A DNA stretch of 64,000 nt, taken from a bacterium (GTDB lineage: Bacteria > Patescibacteriota > Minisyncoccia > UBA6257 > UBA9933). Both the position numbers and the translations under genes were made by a program. This document shows positions 39,144 to 48,816 of this stretch, in pieces; the first letter of the stretch is position 1; the number at the start of each line of letters is the position of its first letter. The notes beneath the pieces were generated by a model. That model was given only the letters and a program-made list of their open reading frames with translations, searched no databases and was not told the origin of the DNA. The stretch is from assembly GCA_021796335.1 (NCBI GenBank), contig JAJYHZ010000001.1, forward strand, positions 144,360-208,359, read 5' to 3'.

Positions 39144-39899
39144 ATGAAGAAAGATATCCTTAAGTCGCTTTATATATTTTTAGGAATTACTGGCGGGTTT
39201 GTTATTGCGGCTATTATTAACAACACACTCAATAATACAGACGGATATCAATCAGAAATACAACAACAAACACAGCAGGGTGCAATACAACAAGTTAATA
39301 ATTTAAATCCAATCTCAACATCAAGTCTTGAAGTTCCCACTACTACATCGGCCTCTCACTTATCTTGCGATTATTCTCAATGGAAAAAAGCACTTAGTGA
39401 ACGAGATGGTGTAATTTCTCAATTAAATTCCGAAATTAATAATTATGTATCTGCAAATAAAGAATGGCAAGGTCAGGGGAATGAATGGCAAGTAGAGAAA
39501 GCAAAATATGATACGGCAATTAGTTCTTATAAAACATCTCTTAATGAATTACTTAATAAATACATCGATATAAATCAAAAATATTCTTCTTTGGTTAATA
39601 ATTGGAATGATTTAGTAGATAAATGGAATAATCTAATTTCTATTCAATCGCAAAATAATTATAATAATTCACTTTATACTCAAAATTTAGAAAATATTTC
39701 CCAACCATCCAATAGTAATTGTAGTAATTATTTAAGTAATCCCAATCTTCCACAATCTGTTGCAGATAGGCAATATGCTCAATGCTCAGGAATATCTATA
39801 ACGGTTGATCCTTTGACTTGTGAACATTATTTATATGATAGCGGCTCATGGCAACAAAAATTTCTTAATTATCAATCTTGTTTATCAGGAAAATTATAA
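39144..39899 (+). CDS. Exported coiled-coil protein
   Basis: N-terminal TM, heptad region, Cys-containing C-terminus. Confidence 0.65.
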   Translation: MKKDILKSLYIFLGITGGFVIAAIINNTLNNTDGYQSEIQQQTQQGAIQQVNNLNPISTSSLEVPTTTSASHLSCDYSQWKKALSERDGVISQLNSEINNYVSANKEWQGQGNEWQVEKAKYDTAISSYKTSLNELLNKYIDINQKYSSLVNNWNDLVDKWNNLISIQSQNNYNNSLYTQNLENISQPSNSNCSNYLSNPNLPQSVADRQYAQCSGISITVDPLTCEHYLYDSGSWQQKFLNYQSCLSGKL

Positions 39900-39905
39900 A
39901 TTTTT

Positions 39906-40160
39906 ATGAATTTATACTACAAAAGAATAAAAAATGGATTAAAGGAAAAAGAGCCAGAAATATTTGTTATCCTAATAATCATTTTTATTATCATTATTAT
40001 TTTAATTAAATTTTTAGATAATAAACCAGTAGTAAATCAAAATATACCATTAAAAACACAAATTTATATACCAAAACCAGGAGCTCAACCCCTAAACAGA
40101 CCTATGTGGGATTACTTTAATAATACAACTACGCCAACCGAGCCAACAATTAATTTTTAA
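39906..40160 (+). CDS. Small single-TM protein
   Basis: Ile-rich TM segment. Confidence 0.5.
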   Translation: MNLYYKRIKNGLKEKEPEIFVILIIIFIIIIILIKFLDNKPVVNQNIPLKTQIYIPKPGAQPLNRPMWDYFNNTTTPTEPTINF

Positions 40161-40223
40161 AAATACTAATTCTTCTTACTAATAAATTATTAAAATAAAA
40201 TTTCTCTATTTTTATAGAAAGAT

Positions 40224-40556
40224 ATGTTTAAAGAAACAAAAAAAAGTATTAAAATTTATTTTATTTTTGTTGGTATTTTGGGCTTATTAATTGGCCTTAG
40301 TTCGATTGGAAATAATAATAATTATATCTTTGGCTTTATTGCCCTACCCTCTCTCTTTTTTATTTATTTTGGGTTCAACTTCTATTATTATTTAAAAAAA
40401 TCACCTAAAATTTTAATAAAATTTGTTTTTATTTCATTTACTATAAATATAATCATAAGTTTAATAGACCAACAATATTTTGGGGTTATTATTTTTATTC
40501 TATTAGGCTGGTATCTTATTCATAATATAAAAAGAATTTCCTTAAAATCAAATTAA
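40224..40556 (+). CDS. Hypothetical membrane protein
   Basis: 4 TM segments. Confidence 0.6.
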   Translation: MFKETKKSIKIYFIFVGILGLLIGLSSIGNNNNYIFGFIALPSLFFIYFGFNFYYYLKKSPKILIKFVFISFTINIIISLIDQQYFGVIIFILLGWYLIHNIKRISLKSN

Positions 40557-40618
40557 TATTTACTAAATGAAATATTAGACTATAATAATTTCCTTTCTGG
40601 TGGATTGTAAAAAATTTT

Positions 40619-40936
40619 ATGTTAGATAATTTAAAAGATATTTATCACGAAAAGAGCTTGTTCCCTAAAATAATGATATTTATAGTTTGTGGTGGATTTT
40701 TTAATTTTTTAGAACAAAACCTATTCAAATTAGTAAAAATTAAATTTGATCGCGATGGATTTATTTCATTAATACTATCAATTTTATTAATTTTATATTT
40801 GCATTATTCAAAACCATCACCAGATAAAATAAAAACTTATAAATTAAATTGGATTAGTGAAATATTTATAACAATATTAATGGTAATATTTTTCATTTGG
40901 CTTATTCAAATAGTAGCTTTGAGTGATATTAAATAA
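40619..40936 (+). CDS. Hypothetical membrane protein
   Basis: 3 TM segments. Confidence 0.55.
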   Translation: MLDNLKDIYHEKSLFPKIMIFIVCGGFFNFLEQNLFKLVKIKFDRDGFISLILSILLILYLHYSKPSPDKIKTYKLNWISEIFITILMVIFFIWLIQIVALSDIK

Positions 40937-42029
40937 ATTAAGTCATTTAATTAAATTGAAAAGAAAAATATTAAAAATATCCGGCGTTCTTATAATAATT
41001 TTTCTTATACTTGTTTTCCCAGCTAAATTTTTCACAAATAAAGAAAAGAATTTAAAAGGGCAAAATAAATCCATCTCAAACTATTTAAACACTTCCGTCT
41101 GGCCAATAAATAATTTAGCCAAAATTGCAAATAATTTTTACAAAAATAAAGATTATTCTATTTCTGCCAGTAGTACCAATTCAAAGCCCCAAAATAACAC
41201 CAATTCCGAAATAAGTCCCATATTAATAACAGCAAAAAGTCTTATAGCTCTAAACTGCTATGCCAAGTCCAATAATTTAACTATTACTCAAAAATATGGA
41301 GATAGCCGAGGAGATATTAAGTGGATGTTAGGCAGTGGCGTCTTAATTAATCCTCAGGGTTATATCCTAACAGCAAGGCACATCGTTGATCCTCAATGGG
41401 AAGTTTCCTCTTACGGCACATTTTTATCCGCTAAAGAAAGAAAACTTGATAGCCAGCTAATTTTTGATTATTGCGAAGTTAGTTTTCCGATTGATGATAC
41501 AAATTTACCAACTACTAAACAAATAAGAACCCAAGATCCTCATATCAAATTAACTCGCCCCTTTCCCTACATCGCCACTTTATATTTTACCCCATCAAAA
41601 GAAAATCTAAGCGGCTGGGAATACAACAATCTTGATTTTGCAATTCTCAAAATCAATCAATCTAATTCTTATTCTTATAATCCGGCTATTTACTCGCAAG
41701 TGCCTCAGGATTCCGATCAAGTTATAACCTATGGATATGCGCCAAGCCCAGATATACCATTTAACGAATTTTATATAGAAGGGTCGGCTGGAATAGTAAA
41801 TACATATTATGGCGGTGATCAATATTTTTTACACAAACCTTTTCAATTTGGATATACGGCTAAAAATATAAAATCTGGCAAATCAGGATCGCCAATATTC
41901 TGGAAAGGATATGTTGTGGGGATTGAAATTGCTGGCGATAATAATCCTCCTGATTATGCCTTGGGTATTCCAGCAATCTATCAAATCTTAAAAGACAATA
42001 ATTTGGATTGGATTTTATTGAAAAATTAA
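40923..42029 (+). CDS. Membrane-anchored trypsin-like serine protease
   Basis: GSGVLI...ILTARH, DFAILKI, GKSGSP catalytic triad motifs. Confidence 0.82.
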   Translation: MILNKLSHLIKLKRKILKISGVLIIIFLILVFPAKFFTNKEKNLKGQNKSISNYLNTSVWPINNLAKIANNFYKNKDYSISASSTNSKPQNNTNSEISPILITAKSLIALNCYAKSNNLTITQKYGDSRGDIKWMLGSGVLINPQGYILTARHIVDPQWEVSSYGTFLSAKERKLDSQLIFDYCEVSFPIDDTNLPTTKQIRTQDPHIKLTRPFPYIATLYFTPSKENLSGWEYNNLDFAILKINQSNSYSYNPAIYSQVPQDSDQVITYGYAPSPDIPFNEFYIEGSAGIVNTYYGGDQYFLHKPFQFGYTAKNIKSGKSGSPIFWKGYVVGIEIAGDNNPPDYALGIPAIYQILKDNNLDWILLKN

Positions 42030-42397
42030 TTATTTTCATTATTCCGACTAAGTCCGCCATATATTGGAATTAAAGGAATGGGATTTTGTTTTAATTCATC
42101 AGCCTTTTCACTTTTATCAACAAAATAACCAGCTCTATCTAAAATATCTTTACAGGCATTAAGTCTAACATTTTCACTTTTTGCTTCTTTTGCCAATTTA
42201 TAAATTATAAGTATCGCATCTTCAGCTTTTTCTTTTAAATAATCTTTAATCGCAGGCTTTTGCAGGTTTTCTGTTCCTATTGAATGGGCTGTATTGCGAT
42301 TTTTGGCATTGTAAGCTCTGGCAGCCGATTCCGTGGCATTTCCTGTTTCAAGATAATTATTTACAAAATTTTGTTGTTTTAATGTTAATTTTCCCAT
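42026..42397 (-). CDS. Terminase small subunit-like protein
   Basis: LTLKQQNFVNNYLETGNATESAARAY...ENLQKPAI; ATG at 42397. Confidence 0.82.
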   Translation of the reverse strand: MGKLTLKQQNFVNNYLETGNATESAARAYNAKNRNTAHSIGTENLQKPAIKDYLKEKAEDAILIIYKLAKEAKSENVRLNACKDILDRAGYFVDKSEKADELKQNPIPLIPIYGGLSRNNENN

Positions 42398-42439
42398 AAT
42401 TTCCAAATAATTTTAGGTTCTAATTGTTTCCAACATGCG

Positions 42440-42551
42440 GAGCCAACACACAACTCAATCCCTTTTCAGGAAAATTTACGCGCGCTGCGCGAAGCGCAGC
42501 ATAGTGTTCGACGGGGGTTTCCGACACTTTTTTGTTTCGCAAAGTCAAATC
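42440..42551 (-). pseudogene. 3'-end remnant of a recombinase-A-like gene / att arm
   Basis: Translates DLTLRNKKVSETPVEHYAALRAARVNFPEKGLSCVLA, 18/37 identical without gaps to the recombinase A tail, ending at the GCTC core in the same frame. Confidence 0.8.
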
Positions 42552-42626
42552 CGCCCCCCCTTTTTTTAAAAATCAGTTTTCTAGTTTTCCAACTATACAT
42601 ATAATTAATGTTTCTTAAAAAAAATA

Positions 42627-43097
42627 ATGATGAATATTCGCCCCAAAAAAGAAGATGATGATTTAGCAATTAAAGAAATTTACTCGTTGTATTGGACAGA
42701 CAAGTATTTTCTTAAACATACATTAGAAAGATTAAAAGATTCTTTAGATCCCTTAGCTCCTAAAATTAGTTATTTTGTAGCGGAAGAAGATTCTGTAGTT
42801 GTAGGGGTTATTGGATTCCGTGGTGCACCTTTACATATGCAATTTTTTTCAAAAACATCAAATCCTGCAGAACTTTATATCTTAGCAGTCAAAAATCAAA
42901 AATTTGGGGTAGGAAAAAATCTTATTAAAAAAATAATAAGCGAAACCAAAAAATTAGGATACACTGAAATTGTGCTTTTTAGCTCTGTTTCTTTTAAGAA
43001 TTCTTGGTCTTTTTATGATCATATGGGATTCGAGAGAGTTGAATCTGCGATTGCACCTAATGAAGAGCAGGGACAAACTTGGAGAGTAGAATTATAA
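42627..43097 (+). CDS. GNAT-family acetyltransferase
   Basis: FVAEE...VVG, QKFGVGKNL, FYDHMGF. Confidence 0.85.
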   Translation: MMNIRPKKEDDDLAIKEIYSLYWTDKYFLKHTLERLKDSLDPLAPKISYFVAEEDSVVVGVIGFRGAPLHMQFFSKTSNPAELYILAVKNQKFGVGKNLIKKIISETKKLGYTEIVLFSSVSFKNSWSFYDHMGFERVESAIAPNEEQGQTWRVEL

Positions 43098-43374
43098 CAG
43101 ATTGGCATTTTAATTATTAAATTCGAAAAATATTTCATTTGAGAATGCTTCAGGTATAAAATATTAGTTTTGATATTCAAATTCCTTTAAAACACATGCT
43201 TATTCCAAAGATTATCCATGTAATCTTTATTTGAGCTGTTCCATATCCTTTACATAACCCCAGAAGGTTGACAAATGATTTTAAGTCTTGTATGATTAAA
43301 AAACTTAGTAAGGAACTCCTTTAAACCGCTGATAAATCGTATTAATAGAGGTTCTCACTGGGACAACTAATAAT

Positions 43375-44673
43375 ATGAGAAAAAATAACAAGCGTGTTTT
43401 TTTCGGCCCTGCCAGAAATTTCAACAGGCCTAAACCCTCATTTGGGCGTAATTTTAAAAACAATCGAAAAGCAAACTTTACCAAAAGTCTATTTATTGAT
43501 GAATCGAAATTCATTAATAAAGCCATTGAAAATAATCTCTCTGAATTTATTCCTAAGCATAAATTCACTGATTTTAAAATCAGTGAAAAATTAAAGCAAA
43601 ATATTCTAAAAAAGGGATTTGAAAAGCCAACGGCTATTCAAGATCAAACTATTCCAGAAGTTCTAAACGGTAAAGATGTTATTGGTTTAGCTGATACCGG
43701 TACTGGTAAAACCGCCGCCTTTTTAATCCCATTCATCGATAAAACAATTCGCAATAAAAATCAAAAAGTATTAATCATGGCTCCTACCAGGGAATTAGCC
43801 ATCCAAATCAATGCGGAATTTATGGAACTGGCCAAATTTCTTGGCATTTTTTCTGTCACTGCCGTTGGTGGCGACAGCATTGGACCCCAAATTTCACAAA
43901 TCCGAAGAGGATATCATTTTCTTATCGGAACTCCTGGCAGAATAAAAGATTTGGCCAAAAGAAATCTAATTCGTTTTGATGGTTTTAAAAGCGCTATTTT
44001 AGATGAATCTGATCGTATGCTAGATATGGGTTTTATTAAAGATATGAAGTTTATTTTGAATCAAATGCCCAAGGAAAGGCAAACTCTGCTATTTTCTGCT
44101 ACTTTATCTCCAAAAATTGAAAACTTATCTCATCAGTTTATGCATGAGCCGCTTAAAATTAAAACTAAAATTCGCGAAACTTCTGCAAACGTTGACCAAG
44201 ACATTATTCGCGTAAACTCTAATGATGAAAAAATTGAAATTCTTCATAACCTGCTCATCGATAAAAAATTTATGAAAGTTTTGGTTTTTGTTAAAACAAA
44301 AAGCGGTGCAGAAAAACTTGAAATGGATCTTGGAAGAAGAGGATTTAAGGCGGCTTCCATTCATGGAGATAAGAGGCAGCCACAAAGGCAAAGAGCCCTT
44401 AAGTTATTTAAGGAAGACAAGGCTCAAGTTTTAGTGGCAACAGATGTGGCCGCTCGAGGCTTAGATATTTCCGAAGTTAGTCATGTTATTAATTTTGATA
44501 TTCCAGCTACTTATGAGGACTACATTCACAGAATTGGCAGAACGGGTAGAGCGGGGAAAAAGGGAGCTGCCTTAACTTTTATTGGCCAGAGAATCAAAAC
44601 AAAGCATCACAATTTTTCCCAAAGCAAGAGAGGGTCTCACAGATTTTCATCTGTCCGTGCATATAATAATTAG
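43375..44673 (+). CDS. DEAD-box RNA helicase (DESD variant)
   Basis: Q motif, ADTGTGKT, PTRELA, DESD, SAT, HRIGRTGR. Confidence 0.93.
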   Translation: MRKNNKRVFFGPARNFNRPKPSFGRNFKNNRKANFTKSLFIDESKFINKAIENNLSEFIPKHKFTDFKISEKLKQNILKKGFEKPTAIQDQTIPEVLNGKDVIGLADTGTGKTAAFLIPFIDKTIRNKNQKVLIMAPTRELAIQINAEFMELAKFLGIFSVTAVGGDSIGPQISQIRRGYHFLIGTPGRIKDLAKRNLIRFDGFKSAILDESDRMLDMGFIKDMKFILNQMPKERQTLLFSATLSPKIENLSHQFMHEPLKIKTKIRETSANVDQDIIRVNSNDEKIEILHNLLIDKKFMKVLVFVKTKSGAEKLEMDLGRRGFKAASIHGDKRQPQRQRALKLFKEDKAQVLVATDVAARGLDISEVSHVINFDIPATYEDYIHRIGRTGRAGKKGAALTFIGQRIKTKHHNFSQSKRGSHRFSSVRAYNN

Positions 44674-44777
44674 GTTCTAATCCCACTCAACATGCGGAGT
44701 CGTACAAAACCCTTTTAAAAAACGGGTGTTTTTATACCCTAGTAGGATGCTAGGACTTCAGATATAATCTTTTAAAT

Positions 44778-47381
44778 ATGGAACAATGGCCTAAATATAA
44801 AACCGAAAAAGAAATTGAAAAACAGGTTAAGGATGCGGAAGATAACTTAGGAACCGAATTAGTTCCAGAATTAATTGATTATAAAAATTTATCCCTAAAT
44901 GAAATAAAAGAAAAATTTCCAGAAAGATATAACACTTATCTGCGTATCTTGCGTTCAGAAAGAAACAATAAAGAAATTGAAGAATCAGAATTAAACGAAA
45001 TGAGAGAATGGATACAAGCTCTAAATAATCTCGATCACTATATTATTAAACATAAAAATAATCACGAAGAAAGGATTCTTCGTGAAAAGCAGTTTGACGT
45101 CTTTAAAGACATAAGAAAATCATTGGAAGAAGGTAAAAAGGAGGGCTATGTAAAACTTCCAACTGGAGTTGGTAAAACAGTTTTATTTTCTCAAGTTGTT
45201 GAATCAATGGGAATTAGAACCCTTATTATTGTTCCCTCAAAAATTCTTATTAATCAAACAGGTCAGCGATTAGAAGAATTTACAGATCTTGAATTTGGTA
45301 AATATTACCAGGAAGAAAAAGATTTTTCTAAATCAGCAACAACAATAACTTATCAATCATTAATTAGGGGTGTGGAAAATGGAGAAATTAACCCGGATGA
45401 TTATAAACTTCTTATCCTTGATGAGGCGCACAAGGCTTTAGGAGAAAAAACTTTGAAAATTATTCAAAGATTTAATTCGATAAAATTAGGATTTACAGCA
45501 ACGCCAGAATATTCAAAAAATAAGCGTTTAGGAGATTTACTTGAACATGAAATTCATAATATAAGTGTTGTTGAGGCTGTTCAGGAAGGCCTTATAAATC
45601 GCTTTAAATCTGTAGTTGCGCGCACAACAACAGACATTTCCAATGTTAAGATAAAAAATGGAGAATATGACAAAAAAGAGCTTGAAACGGTCGTAAATAA
45701 TCATGCCAGAAATTTAGCTGCCGTTGATCTATATAGAAAATCATTTAATAACCTTAGTACGATTATTTATTGCAGTGGAGTCAAGCATGCCCAAGATACT
45801 TCGGATTTATTCAGACAAAATGGGATTCAAGCTGAAGTTATTTCTGGCAAAACAGATAAAGAAGAACGAGAGATAATCTTAAATAAATTTAGGGATGGCG
45901 AGATTAAAGTGCTTTGCAATGCGAAAGTTCTCGTTGAAGGTTTTGACGAACCCAGAGCAAGTGTTGCCTTCAATCTTCAGCCAACGCTTTCAATAGTTAT
46001 TGCAGAACAACGGGCCGGAAGAGTATTACGTTTAGATAAAAATAACCCAGAAAAATGGGGTGTTGTAGTTGATTTTATTGATGCAAACGCAAAAGTCCCT
46101 CCAATAATTTTCGCAGAGGTGGCAGGATCAAGCGAGGCGACTGAGTATAAAGTCAGTAATGCCATTGAAAAAGAAAGAGAAAAAAAAGTGATTCAAACAA
46201 CCAAGACAAATCAAAGCGATTTTGAGCAAGATGAATTTGAAAATTTAAAAAATATAAAAATCGAAGGATTAAAAGTTATTGTTGATGCTCAAGAAATATT
46301 ACGAATTGCAGCTGATCAAAAGAATGAGAGAGAAAAATTATTTTCTGAATTTCCGCAAGACTGGCTACCCTTAAATCAATTAATAGAAGAATTAGGGGTG
46401 GCTCGCAAAACAGTTACGGATTATGTTGAACAATATCGAAATAATCATCCAGATTGGTTCAAAATGGGAAAATTTAAATCGGGAAAATTAACCGAAGGTT
46501 ATCATCCTAATCTAGTTGCTTTAATCAGAGAAAAATTTAAAGAAAATTTATTATTAGAGAATTTACCAAATGATTTTTTGACTCCAAATCAAATAATTGG
46601 GAAATTTAAAATAAACCGAGAACGAAAAACAATCGCAAATTATGCCGAAAAATATCGAAATGATCATCCTGAATGGTTCAAGGTTGGGAAAAAGATGGGG
46701 AATAAAGTTGAAGCCTATCATCCAGATTTAGTTAAAATTATAAGTGACTATTTTAAGGATAAAGAACTACCAACTAATTGGATAACATCAAGTCAACTTA
46801 GCAATTTGTTGAAAGTAACGGAGCCGTTAATTCGAGCTTATGCCGAAAAATATCGAAATAATCATCCTGAATGGATTAAAGTTGGGAAATCTGGAGTTAG
46901 GGATGCGATTGCATATCACCCCGATTTAATTGAAAAAATAAAAAAACACCTTTTTGTCGAAGAACTTCCCGACAAATGGAAAACGGCAAGTCAGATATTA
47001 GGCGAGCTAAAATCAAAAGCAAGTGCAAGTCTTCAAATGATAAAATACCTTGCTGAACAATATCGTAATGAGCATCCAGATTGGTTTAAAACAGGGAAGA
47101 TATATTCAAAAATTACCGAAGGATATAACCCAACCTTAGTAGAATTAATAAAAAATCATTTATTAACTCTGGAGTTTCCGGATGGATGGAAAACAGCAAG
47201 CCAAATAAGATATAAAACTAAAACTGATATTTATAAAATTCAAGATTATGTTGAACAGTATCGTAATAACCATTCAAACTGGTTTAAAATGGGAAGAGTT
47301 AGAGGGAAATCAGCTGAAGGTTATCATCCTGATTTAGTAAAAATTATTGAAGAATATTTTAAAAGGAACAAAAATCCATAG
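44778..47381 (+). CDS. SF2 DEAH helicase with five tandem ~68-aa C-terminal repeats
   Basis: LPTGVGKT, DEAH, TATP, EGFD, QRAGRVLR; repeats at 46350-47378. Confidence 0.88.
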   Translation: MEQWPKYKTEKEIEKQVKDAEDNLGTELVPELIDYKNLSLNEIKEKFPERYNTYLRILRSERNNKEIEESELNEMREWIQALNNLDHYIIKHKNNHEERILREKQFDVFKDIRKSLEEGKKEGYVKLPTGVGKTVLFSQVVESMGIRTLIIVPSKILINQTGQRLEEFTDLEFGKYYQEEKDFSKSATTITYQSLIRGVENGEINPDDYKLLILDEAHKALGEKTLKIIQRFNSIKLGFTATPEYSKNKRLGDLLEHEIHNISVVEAVQEGLINRFKSVVARTTTDISNVKIKNGEYDKKELETVVNNHARNLAAVDLYRKSFNNLSTIIYCSGVKHAQDTSDLFRQNGIQAEVISGKTDKEEREIILNKFRDGEIKVLCNAKVLVEGFDEPRASVAFNLQPTLSIVIAEQRAGRVLRLDKNNPEKWGVVVDFIDANAKVPPIIFAEVAGSSEATEYKVSNAIEKEREKKVIQTTKTNQSDFEQDEFENLKNIKIEGLKVIVDAQEILRIAADQKNEREKLFSEFPQDWLPLNQLIEELGVARKTVTDYVEQYRNNHPDWFKMGKFKSGKLTEGYHPNLVALIREKFKENLLLENLPNDFLTPNQIIGKFKINRERKTIANYAEKYRNDHPEWFKVGKKMGNKVEAYHPDLVKIISDYFKDKELPTNWITSSQLSNLLKVTEPLIRAYAEKYRNNHPEWIKVGKSGVRDAIAYHPDLIEKIKKHLFVEELPDKWKTASQILGELKSKASASLQMIKYLAEQYRNEHPDWFKTGKIYSKITEGYNPTLVELIKNHLLTLEFPDGWKTASQIRYKTKTDIYKIQDYVEQYRNNHSNWFKMGRVRGKSAEGYHPDLVKIIEEYFKRNKNP

Positions 47382-47664
47382 TTGCAATGGCAATGCTATC
47401 ATTATATGCCATATCAGAATTCGAACCGGAGGTGTTGAGATATTTTTATAATCTTTGTAAAAACCGCAAATATAAAGTCTCGTTAGAAATCGAATTACGG
47501 TTAGAGGCACTTGGTTTACCGAGGCTGGCAAGGCTGTCCCAGTGGCTCGCAATGTGTTGCTTTCAGCAGCAGAGATGAAACAAGGAGAAATTCAACTCAA
47601 TAATCCCATAAAAACCCATTAAAAAACCGAGGGAGGGAGGTTTATTATATCACTGGAACGAGCC

Positions 47665-47877
47665 TTGAGGTACATACTAAGAGAAAAAGAAATAAGACTT
47701 GACCAACTCGAAGGTATGGGAGTTACCACAGAACAGCTTATTACTGCTCTCAATAAAGAAGGCTTCACTTTTACTTCTAAGGATTACAATGATGATGGCG
47801 AAGAAAAATCAAGTGAAATATGGTTGGACCTTGAGCGAATAGAAGAGGATGATGGTCCTGGTGGAATAGATTATTAA
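47665..47877 (+). CDS. Small acidic hypothetical protein
   Basis: 70-aa ORF followed by a hairpin; start uncertain. Confidence 0.4.
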   Translation: MRYILREKEIRLDQLEGMGVTTEQLITALNKEGFTFTSKDYNDDGEEKSSEIWLDLERIEEDDGPGGIDY

Positions 47878-48158
47878 CACAGCTTCAAAAAAGCAAAGAG
47901 GACCTTGATGATAACTTCAAAGAGGTCCTGTTTTTTATACAAAACTATAAATAGCTAAAATCTTTCTTAATTGCTTTCTAATTCTCAGTTCCATTTGCGT
48001 GGATCAAAGCGAGTATTCTAGGACTAATAAATGCAAAAGACTCCGTTCTGTTCCTTTATTCATTAATATACAAAATAAAAAAACCCTCCCCATGAGGGGG
48101 AGGGAAGGGGCGCTGATAATTTAAGAATAAATCATCAAAACGCTGGGCCCCTGTTTCA

Positions 48159-48362
48159 TTATTTAATAAAATCGCCTTTGGATATTTTATCCGCAAGGTC
48201 ATCCTTGCTAAAGGCGATTACATGTTTAACCTCTCCGGTTTCAGTATTTTTGACGGTGTAGTCATTACTCTCCGGCACAAGGCCAAGAGTAAATGCACTA
48301 GCGAGAGCTGATTCGGTGGTTGTCTCTTCATGTGTGACTTCCCACTTGTTGTCATTGCCCAT
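48159..48362 (-). CDS. Small hypothetical protein
   Basis: Strong SD (AAAGGAGGTG) before ATG. Confidence 0.65.
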   Translation of the reverse strand: MGNDNKWEVTHEETTTESALASAFTLGLVPESNDYTVKNTETGEVKHVIAFSKDDLADKISKGDFIK

Positions 48363-48556
48363 CAGATTCCACCTCCTTTCTTTTAGCCAATATAGATATG
48401 GCTTTGATTTTTTAAAAACCTATATTTAGGATATCCCGTTGCAAATATTTGTCAAATGTTGTGGTAATGTGTACGTAAATTATTTTCATTTGACTAAATC
48501 TCTAACACCTGGTATGTTTTAGCCAGGACAAAAATAAAATATAAAAAGGAGGTTTT

Positions 48557-48793
48557 GTGAGATACACACTCGAATATAATATCGCTGGCGAGGGATGCAG
48601 TGGTCATGGCAGCTGCAGTTTCGAAGCTGAAAATGATGGAGAAGCTGTTCCCAGGGCAAAAAACATTAGCAATGAAAGAAGAACTATATTAAAAGAAATA
48701 AATAGCAATATCGATATCATTCCTCTTCGACTTATCAAGGCTGGAGTCGATATTGAAATAACATTATCAAAACCCAAACACAGCTATCGATAA
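48557..48793 (+). CDS. Small hypothetical protein
   Basis: AAGGAGG SD, GTG start. Confidence 0.6.
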   Translation: MRYTLEYNIAGEGCSGHGSCSFEAENDGEAVPRAKNISNERRTILKEINSNIDIIPLRLIKAGVDIEITLSKPKHSYR

Positions 48794-48816
48794 TAAATAG
48801 AAAGTGAGGTGAACAG

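Larger units (their letters stand above)
34577..42443 (-). mobile_element. Integrative element B (serine recombinase, xis-like HTH, cargo, TerS)
   Basis: GAGC at both ends; joining the ends closes the recombinase ORF as ...PTLLRMLETIRT*; very AT-rich. Confidence 0.75.
42440..44699 (-). mobile_element. Probable non-autonomous element C (att arms only; GNAT + DEAD-box cargo)
   Basis: Left arm as above; right arm 44671-44699 repeats 42414-42442 (TAGGTTCTAAT-N6-CAACATGCGGAG). Confidence 0.5.

Noticed and set aside
42439-42445. GGAGCCA as the displaced tRNA 3' end with CCA
   Set aside because: The bases after the core belong to the recombinase-tail remnant, so CCA may be coincidental.
46350-47378. 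CRISPR-like or DGR repeats
   Set aside because: Repeats are in-frame protein repeats with codon-level divergence; no cas or reverse transcriptase gene in the window.
47975-48010. Possible further att arm (TTCTAAT...TGCG)
   Set aside because: Too degenerate and lacks the GAGC core.
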